A stretch of 64,000 bases of DNA from an uncultured Candidatus Rokubacteria bacterium (GTDB lineage: Bacteria; Methylomirabilota; Methylomirabilia; Rokubacteriales; DASRDR01), in NCBI GenBank assembly GCA_963708025.1, contig CAVPSB010000028.1:32001-96000 (forward strand), in the 5' to 3' direction. Numbering within the stretch: position 1 is the first letter of the stretch; every line of letters begins with the position of its first letter. The notes beneath the pieces were generated by a model that worked only from the letters and a program-made list of their open reading frames with translations, made no database searches and was not told the DNA's origin. Of the stretch, positions 56,759 to 64,000 are shown piece after piece. A program made the translations under genes and the position numbers.

Positions 56759-57330
56759 CCCTCGACGACCACCTGCCGGGCATCGTCAGTGGCGATGCCG
56801 AGGCCTTCGCCCGCTGGCTCGCGGGCGCCGAGCGGCGGCTGCGAGGCAGCCTGCGGGCCTTCGCGGTGCGCGTGGACACCGAGGCCGTGCTCCAGGAGAC
56901 GCTCCTGCGCGTCTGGCAGGTGGCGCCCCGGTTCGTGCCGGACGGCCGCCCGGACGGGCTCCTCCGCCTCGCGATCCGGATTGCGCGCAACCACGCGGTC
57001 TCCGAGCTGCGCCGCGACCGGCTGGTGCCGGCCGACCTCGAGGCGCTGGAGCGCGCGGCGCGCCAGCACGACGACGATCCGGGGCCGGCCACGACCAGCG
57101 ACCCCCTGCTCCGGCGCGCGATCGAGGAGTGCCGGGCGAGGCTCCCGCGGAAGCCGGCGCTCGCCCTCGGCGCCCGGCTCGAGAGCGGCGGCGTCGAGCC
57201 GGACGAGGCGCTGGCCGCCCACCTCGGGATGCGCCGGAACACGTTCCTCCAGAACATCACGCGAGCCCGCCGGCTCCTCCTGGAGTGCCTCGGCCGGCGG
57301 GGCATCGACGTGACGGCGGAGCTGGCGTGA
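56755..57330 (+). CDS. ECF-type RNA polymerase sigma factor
   Basis: GDAEAF, EAVLQETLLRVW, RIARNHAVSELRR, LAAHLGM..NT....ITRARRLL.ECL. Confidence 0.82.
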   Translation: MTLDDHLPGIVSGDAEAFARWLAGAERRLRGSLRAFAVRVDTEAVLQETLLRVWQVAPRFVPDGRPDGLLRLAIRIARNHAVSELRRDRLVPADLEALERAARQHDDDPGPATTSDPLLRRAIEECRARLPRKPALALGARLESGGVEPDEALAAHLGMRRNTFLQNITRARRLLLECLGRRGIDVTAELA

Positions 57331-57545
57331 CGCCCGAGGAGCTGATCGAGGCCGCCAGCACCGCCTGGCGCCCGCGCGATCCCTCGGGGGCGATCCAACC
57401 GCACCCGGCCTGGGCGGACCTCGACGCCGCCGGCCGCCGCACGCTCTACGAAGCGATCGTCCGCACGCGGGCGCTGGAGGCGGCCCTCGACGCCGAGGGC
57501 CTGACCACGACGGCGCGGGCCGTCCTCGCCCGCATCCGCCGCTGA
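57327..57545 (+). CDS. Small hypothetical protein (72 aa), coupled to the sigma factor
   Basis: GTGA overlap; MTPEELIEAASTAWRPRD...HPAWADLD...ARAVLARIRR; host-like codon use. Confidence 0.75.
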   Translation: MTPEELIEAASTAWRPRDPSGAIQPHPAWADLDAAGRRTLYEAIVRTRALEAALDAEGLTTTARAVLARIRR

Positions 57546-57557
57546 GAGTGTCGAGCG

Positions 57558-57965
57558 TCATCGTGGCTTCCGACGTCGAGCCCGCATGTGTCGCTGGACG
57601 AACACGGCCACTTCGGGTTTGCTGACCTCTCCCGTCGCCACGCCGACCACCACGCGCTCGAGCTCCTCGGGATCAGCCTCCAGCCAGTGGTCGTTCAGGC
57701 CCAGAAACGCGAGGAGCGCCACGAGCCCCACCCGCTTGTTCCCGTCGACGAACGGGTGGTCCCGCACCAGGTGGAAGAGGTAGGCTGCCGCGATCTCGTG
57801 CAGGCTGCCGTGGAGCAGCCGTCCCTCGAACGTGGCGGACGGCGTGCCCAGCGCCGACTGGAGCAAGCCGACGTCCCGGATGCCCGGCCGGCCCCCGTAT
57901 CGCTCGATCTGGTCCGCGTGGAGCGCGAGCACCTCGTCGAGCGACAGGAAGCGTGGTCTCGCTAC
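57558..57965 (-). CDS. doc: Doc/Fic family toxin (death-on-curing); start codon unclear
   Basis: PRFLSLDEVLALH, GIRD.GLL.SA, HPFVDGNKR Fic motif. Confidence 0.9.
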   Translation of the reverse strand, partial: VARPRFLSLDEVLALHADQIERYGGRPGIRDVGLLQSALGTPSATFEGRLLHGSLHEIAAAYLFHLVRDHPFVDGNKRVGLVALLAFLGLNDHWLEADPEELERVVVGVATGEVSKPEVAVFVQRHMRARRRKPR

Positions 57966-58189
57966 TGGGCCAGGCGCCGGAACACTCCCCCGTACTGCCG
58001 GTGGGCCTCTTCGACGAGCCGCTTCAGCTTCAGGGTTCGCCGCCGCTCGCGAAGCGGCGAGACCACGATCACTTCACCGTCCGTGGAGACCTCGAGCGGG
58101 GTACGCGCATCGATCTTCAGTCGCGCCAGCATTGGCCGGTCCAGGACCAGCGCCAGGCTGTTGCCTGTCTTCACGAGCCTCTTGACCAT
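57962..58189 (-). CDS. AbrB/MazE family antitoxin
   Basis: LVKTGNSLALVLD; RBS GGAGG; directly upstream of Doc. Confidence 0.85.
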   Translation of the reverse strand: MVKRLVKTGNSLALVLDRPMLARLKIDARTPLEVSTDGEVIVVSPLRERRRTLKLKRLVEEAHRQYGGVFRRLAQ

Positions 58190-58354
58190 GGGCGGCGCCT
58201 CCGTACGTACAGTATGCCACAGCCGTCAGTATTGAGGCATCTCCGGGAATCGGCTGGTCGCGACGCAGACACGTCGGATATGCTGGACGTGGGCGAGGAC
58301 GGGCGGCGCCCCGGCATTTCCACGTTCAAGCGGGACCCACCTCTCCGTGGCGAC

Positions 58355-58379
58355 TTGACCGGGTGATTGCTACTGCAAT
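58355..58379 (+). promoter_or_regulatory. Putative promoter and operator of the XRE gene
   Basis: TTGACC 58355-58360 followed by palindrome ATTGC-TACT-GCAAT 58366-58379. Confidence 0.45.
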
Positions 58380-58390
58380 AGCCCCCAGAA

Positions 58391-59116
58391 ATGGCGGCGG
58401 GACACGACGAGGGGGTCGGGGCGGCGATCCGGCGGCAGCGGGAGTCTCTCGGGCTCTCGCAGCGCGCGCTGGCCAAGCGGGCTGGGGTCTCGCAACCCTA
58501 CCTCTCGCAACTGGAGGCGGCGACGCGACGCCGGGTCAGCGTCGGCATCCTCCGTCGCCTGGCCGAGGCCCTGGGTGTCCCGACCGCCCACCTCGTGGAC
58601 AGCGAGCCGTCCGGCCTGCCGCGGCGTGGCCGGACCGAAGTGTGGCTGTACCGGATGGCGGAACGGGCCGAGCAGATGCGGCAGGACTCGCACGAGGTGC
58701 GGGAAGGCCGGCTGCTGCCCCGGCCGTGGGACATGTCCGGGGCGACGATCTATCGCCGCGGCGGGCGGCTCCCCCACCCCGGTGACGTCATCGTGCTGTG
58801 TCGCGTGGCCGGCGGCGATGACGCCGCGGGCCTGTGGGGGCTCGGCGTGATCACCGAGTTCAGCGAAGCCCGGCAGCTTCGATTTCGCGCCCTGCCGCCG
58901 ACCGAGACGCTCCAGGCAACGCCGCGCTGGGGCCCGACGGTGAGGCGCCTGATCGAGGGAAGCCCGGCCGCCGGCGGCGATGCCATGTGGCGGGTCCGGG
59001 AGGCGAAGCAGGTCGCGGTCCTGATGCGCGAGATCTCGGACGAGCTCGCCGGCGGGTGGCTCCGGGAGTGGGCGCGGCGGGACCCGCCCGCCTGGCGGAT
59101 CACTCCTTGGTCTTGA
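58391..59116 (+). CDS. XRE family HTH protein with uncharacterised C-terminal domain
   Basis: GLSQRALAKRAGVSQPYLSQLE...LAEALGV. Confidence 0.85.
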   Translation: MAAGHDEGVGAAIRRQRESLGLSQRALAKRAGVSQPYLSQLEAATRRRVSVGILRRLAEALGVPTAHLVDSEPSGLPRRGRTEVWLYRMAERAEQMRQDSHEVREGRLLPRPWDMSGATIYRRGGRLPHPGDVIVLCRVAGGDDAAGLWGLGVITEFSEARQLRFRALPPTETLQATPRWGPTVRRLIEGSPAAGGDAMWRVREAKQVAVLMREISDELAGGWLREWARRDPPAWRITPWS

Positions 59117-59342
59117 GCTGGGCGTCGTTCTCCCGGATGAAGGCGCGGATCTCGTCGGCCACGTCGAGGAGCTTCAGCCACTGCTCCTTGTAGAGGGTGA
59201 CCGGGAAGCGTCCCAGCCCGTAGACCGAGACCCCGCCCTTGTCGCTCACCCGGAGGCTGATCCCCTTGCGGGCCCGGGACTTCAGCGCCTCGTTCTCGGC
59301 CCGCAGGCGGGCCAGCTCGGCCTGGGGGTTCTCGTCGGCCAT
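59100..59342 (-). CDS. Small hypothetical protein (80 aa)
   Basis: Coiled coil then VSDKGGVSVYGLGRFPVTLYKEQW; RBS GAGGGAG. Confidence 0.85.
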   Translation of the reverse strand: MADENPQAELARLRAENEALKSRARKGISLRVSDKGGVSVYGLGRFPVTLYKEQWLKLLDVADEIRAFIRENDAQLKTKE

Positions 59343-59355
59343 CGAAGGCTCCCTC

Positions 59356-60691
59356 CTACTTGACCCGCGCGACGACCCGCCGGACGGCGTCCACCAGCGT
59401 CTCGATCTCGGCCTCGCCGGTCATGGTGCCCAGCGCCCCGGCCAGCCCGGTCTGCAGGAGGACCCCCTCGTTCAGGAGGCCGACGAAGACCGCGCGCTTG
59501 AGCTCCGGGTCCCCGGTCAGCATCGCCCGGTAGTCGGTGACCGGCTGGGCCGTGAAGTGGAGCCCGAACAGCGAGGCCACGCCCGTCACCTGGGCGGGGA
59601 CGCCGAGCTCGGCGAGGGCGGCCCGCAGCTTCCCCCGCAGGGACTCGCCCAGGTCGGCCAGCCGCCGGTAGATCGCGGGGGTCAGCGAGCGCATGACGAT
59701 CTCGCCCGCGACCATCGTCATCGGGTTGGCGTTGAAGGTGCCGGCGTGGGCGATCCGGGCGCCGGCCCCGCTCGGGTCGAACTGGGCCATGATGTCCCGG
59801 CGGCCGCCGAAGGCCCCGACCGGCAGCCCGCCCCCGATGATCTTGCCCAGGCACGTCAGGTCGGGGGCCACGCCGAACAGCTCCTGGGCGCCGCCCGGCG
59901 CCACCCGGAGGCTCTGCACCTCGTCGAAGATCAGGACGATGCCCAGCTCCTCGGTGACCTTCCGGATGCCGCGGAGGAATTCCGGCCGGCCCGGCACGTA
60001 GCCGAACGACGACATGATCGGGCTCCATGATGAGGCAGGCCAGCTCGCCGGCGTGGGCGCGCAGCAGCCGCTCGCTCGCCGCCAGGTCGTTGTACGGCAG
60101 CACGACGACCTCGCGGAGGACGCTGGCCGACTGGCCCGGGTACTCGGGGATCGCCGTCGGCCCGGCGGGGTCGAGCTTCGCCGCCGGCGGCTGGACGCTG
60201 ACCGCCACGTACTCGTGGGCGCCGTGGTACGCGCCCTCGAACTTGGCGATCTTGGGCCGGCCCGTGAAGGCCCGCGCGGCCCGGATGGCCATCAGCGTGC
60301 CCTCGGTGCCCGAGTTGGTGAAGCGCACCGTGTCCAGCGAGGGGATGCGGTCGCACAGGAGCTGGGCCAGGCGGACCTGGGACACGGTCGGCGTGCTGAA
60401 GGCGGTGCCCTTCGCCGCCTGGGCCGCGATCCCCTCCACCAGCTCGGGGTGGGCGTGGCCGAGGATCAGGCTGGTCGCGTTGAGCATGAAGTCGAGGTAC
60501 CGGTTGCCGTCCGCGTCGTAGACGTAGTGGCCCTCGCCGCCCTCGGCGAAGAACGGATAGGGGGCGAAGTAGGCGGTCCCCCGGGAGCTGCCGCCCGGCA
60601 GCACGCGGGCGGCCTCGGCCTGGAGCGCCCGCGACTTCGGGGTCCGGGCCTCGTATCGCTGGATCTCCCGCTCGAGCGCGGCTGAGGCCAT
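59356..60691 (-). CDS. Glutamate-1-semialdehyde aminomutase-like class III aminotransferase (frameshift near 60018)
   Basis: DADGNRYLD, NSGTE, YHG, IMEP then FDEVQS.R, GKIIGGGLPVG, GTFNANP. Confidence 0.88.
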
Positions 60692-60703
60692 TCCTAGCTC
60701 CCT

Positions 60704-62696
60704 CTACTTCATCATCAGGCTGACCTGGCGGTCGAACGCCTGATCCGCCTCCACCTTCACCTTGTAGCGGCTCCGGGCCGTGTCGAGGATCGTCTTCGCG
60801 AACTGCGGGTGGTCGCGGAGGACGCGGTTGAAGTCGGCCTTGTCGAGCACGAACAGCTCGCAGTAGGTCGCGGCCCGGACCGACGCGTTGCGCGGCTCGG
60901 ACAGGAGCAGGCCGATCTCGCCGAAGAAGCTCCCCTCGCCGAGGTGGGCGAGGACCCGGCCGTCGGCGCCCACCACGTCCACCTCGCCCTTGACCAGGAC
61001 GTACATCTCGTTGCCCATGTCGCCCTCCCGGATGACCACCTCGCCCGGCGCGGCCACGACCGGCTTCAGCGCCAGCGCCAGCTGGTGCCGGAAGACCTCG
61101 TCAGTCCCCTGGAAGAGCGGCACCGTGTCGAGGACGTCGCGGTTGACGACCTCCAGCCACTTCCGGCCGTCCCGCTCGATGAGGTCGAACGACGGCCTTG
61201 GGTCCCCAGGACCCGGCGGGGTAGTTGGGGAACTCGTCCGCGGGCGTGGCGGCCCAGAAGTCGAGGAGCGGCTGGGCGACCCGCCAGGCGGTCTCGACCA
61301 GGTCGCTCCGGGAGAAGAGCATCGCGTCGCCCTGCATGCAGCTGTAGAGCATCACCTCGTAGCCGGTGGCGCGGGACGCCTCGAACGACTCCCGGTAGTC
61401 GAAGCGCATGTTGACCTTCTGGAGGCTCATCGACGGCCCCGGGTTCTTGGCCTGGAAGCGCAGCTCGATGCCCTGGTCGGGCTGGATGTGGAAGATGAGC
61501 TGGTTCGAGTCGAGCCGGGGGACGCCGGGGAGGTCGCGGAAGATCACCTCCGGCGCCTTCTTGAACTGGACCAGGATCTCGGTGCCGCGGCTCCACAGGG
61601 CCTTGCCCGAGCGCAGGTAGATCGGCACGCCCTCCCAGCGCCAGTTGTCGATGAAGAGCTTGAGGGCGGCGAAGGTCTCGGTCCGCGACTGGGGGTCGAC
61701 GTCCGCCTCCTGGCGGTAGCCGACCGTCTCCTTCCCGTCGGCCTTCTTGCCCGGGCCGTACTGGCCGCGGACGGTCAGCTTCCGGACGTCCTCGGGCTGC
61801 ATGATCCGCACGGCGTCGAGCACCTTCGCCTTCTCGTTGCGGATGGCGTCGGGCTTGAAGGAGGTCGGCGGCTCCATGCAGAGGTAGGCCAGCATCTGGA
61901 ACATGTGGTTCTGGATCATGTCCCGGAGGACGCCCGACCGCTCGTAGTACTTGCCCCGCCCCTCGACCCCGACCGTCTCGGCGACCGTGATCTGGATGTG
62001 GTCGACGTGGTCCTTGTTCCAGAGCGGCTCGAAGATCCCGTTCGAGAAGCGGAAGGCCAGGAGGTTCTGGACCGTCTCCTTCCCGAGGTAGTGGTCGATC
62101 CGGTAGATCTGCTCCTCGTTCCAGTGGGCGAGCATCGTCCGGTTCAGCTCGATGGCCGAGGCCAGGTCGTGGCCGAACGGCTTCTCGACGATCACCCGGC
62201 GCCAGCCGCGCTCGCTCTTGTTGCCGCCGACCTGGGCCAGGTTCTCCGAGATCAGCCCGAAGACCACGGGCGGCGTCGCGAAGTAGAAGAGGACGTTGCC
62301 CTCGGTGTGCCACTCGGTGCCCAGGCGCTCGACCAGCTCGCTCAGGCGCTCGAAGACCTTGGGGTCGTCGAAGCGCCCGGGCATGTAGTGGAAGCGGGGG
62401 ACGAGGTCCCGCCACACCGCCTCGTCGAACTGCTTCCGCGTCGAGAACTGCTTGATGTCCTTCGACATCTTCTCGCGGAACTGCTCGGTCGTGAACTCGT
62501 CCAGGCTCACCCCGATCAGGCAGAAGCCCTTCGGCAGGAGCCCGTCACAGGCGAGGTTGTAGAGCGCGGGCATGAGCAGCCGCTTCGTGAGGTCGCCCGA
62601 CGCTCCGAAGATGACCATGGTGCAGGGCTGGCCAGGCGCCTCCCTCAGCGCGGCGCTCTGGTCCATCGTCGTCGTGATCCGAGTCTCCTCGGCCAT
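60704..62696 (-). CDS. zwf: Glucose-6-phosphate 1-dehydrogenase with fused C-terminal cNMP-binding domain (+1 frameshift near 61192)
   Basis: GASGDL, EKPFG, RIDHYLGKE, NWRWEGVP, GSWGP; the native tail FDLIERDGRKW runs without a stop into a cNMP domain (FFGEIGLL..PRNASVRA). Confidence 0.9.
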
Positions 62697-62894
62697 GGGG
62701 TCCCTCCTCGGTGGGATGTTGACGCATCATCGCGGGTTCCGGGCCCGCGGTCAAGCCCGGGGCGGCCGACCGCCGGACCGCACCGCCCGACCGCCTTCTT
62801 GCGGGCGGCCCGCGCCTCGGTTAACCTGTCCCCGCCCTCGGGACGGGCGTCGTCTCGCCGCGGAAATGACGCGACAGAGCCACGGAGAGCCTCC

Positions 62895-64000
62895 ATGAGC
62901 ACGCTGCCCGAACGCGCGAGTGTCGTGGTGATCGGCGCGGGGATCGTCGGCAACAGCCTCGCCTATCATCTGGCCCGCCTCGGCTGGAAGGACATCGTCC
63001 TGCTGGACAAGGGTCCGATGCCGAGCCCGGGCGGGTCCACCGGGCACGCCTCGAACTTCATCTATCCGGTGGATCACTCGAAGGAGATGACGCTCTTCAC
63101 CCAGGAGAGCGTGCGACAGTACCGGGCCCTCGGCGTCTTCACCCAGAGCGGCGGGGTGGAGGTGGCCCGGACCCCGGAGCGCCTGGACGAGCTGAAGCGG
63201 CGGCTCGCCTCGGCCAAGGCCTGGGGCGAGCCGGCCGAGCTGCTCACGCCGGCCGAGGTCCAGGCCCGGGTCCCGTTCCTCGACCCGAAGGTCATCCTCG
63301 GCGGCTTCTTCTGCCCCGGCGTCGGCGTGGTGGACTCCCTGCGCGCCGGCACGCTGATGCGCGAGCAGGCCCAGGCGCAGGGCGCGCTCACGGTCGTCCC
63401 CAACACGGAGATCCTGGGGATCGACGTCGAGAAGGGCCGGGTGCGGGGCGTGCGCACCAGCCGCGGCGCCATCCGGGCGGACGCGGTCGCGATCTGCTGC
63501 GGCGTCTGGAGCCCGCGCATCGCCCGCATGGCCGGGGCGTCGATCCCGCTGACCCCGGCCGTCCACCAGATGATCGACGTGGGGCCGGTGCCGCTGTTCG
63601 CCACGACCACCGGCGAGATCGAGTACCCGATCGTCCGCGACATGGACACCAACATGTACGAGCGCCAGCACGGGGCCGAGCTGGAGATCGGCTCCTACGC
63701 CCACCGGCCGATCCTGGTCGACCCCGACGACATCCCCTCGCTGGAGGCGTCGGCCCTGTCGCCGACCCAGCTCCCCTTCACCAAGGAGGACTTCGATCCC
63801 CAGATGGAGCAGGCGCTCGAGCTGATGCCGGACATCCTCGGCGACGAGAGCGTCGGGATCCGCCTGGCCATCAACGGGCTGCTCTCGTTGACGCCGGACG
63901 GCTCCCCGATCCTCGGCGAGACCCCCGAGGTGCGCGGGCTGTGGTCGGCCGCCGCCATCTGGATCAAGGAGGCGCCGGGCATCGCCAAGACGGTGGCGGA
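62895..64000 (+). CDS. GcvT family FAD-dependent oxidoreductase (dimethylglycine/sarcosine dehydrogenase-like), runs off the window end
   Basis: Not in the ORF track; manual translation gives MSTLPERASVVVIGAGIVGNSLAYHLARLGW...GSTGHASNF...INGLLSLTPDG. Confidence 0.9.
   Translation, partial: MSTLPERASVVVIGAGIVGNSLAYHLARLGWKDIVLLDKGPMPSPGGSTGHASNFIYPVDHSKEMTLFTQESVRQYRALGVFTQSGGVEVARTPERLDELKRRLASAKAWGEPAELLTPAEVQARVPFLDPKVILGGFFCPGVGVVDSLRAGTLMREQAQAQGALTVVPNTEILGIDVEKGRVRGVRTSRGAIRADAVAICCGVWSPRIARMAGASIPLTPAVHQMIDVGPVPLFATTTGEIEYPIVRDMDTNMYERQHGAELEIGSYAHRPILVDPDDIPSLEASALSPTQLPFTKEDFDPQMEQALELMPDILGDESVGIRLAINGLLSLTPDGSPILGETPEVRGLWSAAAIWIKEAPGIAKTVA

Overview
High-GC bacterial chromosomal window. 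Gene style and content suggest Candidatus Rokubacteria/Methylomirabilota, which is an inference. It is dominated by ABC uptake systems (2 peptide-type, 2 sugar-type, 1 polar amino acid, 1 YbhGFSR-like exporter) and catabolic enzymes for N/S-organic compounds (TauD, Rieske oxygenase, PhyH, OYE, M24, DUF1989 x2, amidohydrolases, PuuE, ureidoglycolate lyase-like, racemase, class III aminotransferases, GcvT-type dehydrogenase), plus two type II toxin-antitoxin modules. About 14 small frameshifts look like long-read consensus errors. Best leads: (1) glucose-6-phosphate dehydrogenase fused to a cyclic-nucleotide-binding domain, hidden by a frameshift; (2) a translationally coupled VIT-vWA / ECF sigma / small-protein operon next to a Doc TA pair and an XRE protein with an EVE-like domain; (3) an integrase-free vapBC islet flanked by a duplicated 3' end of the upstream gene; (4) two families of interspersed hairpin repeats, one with compensatory base-pair changes; (5) three genes reduced to their N- and C-terminal ends; (6) a recurring GTCGAC to GTCAAC/GTTGAC signature suggesting DNA methylation. 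No rRNA, tRNA, CRISPR array, integrase or transposase was seen.
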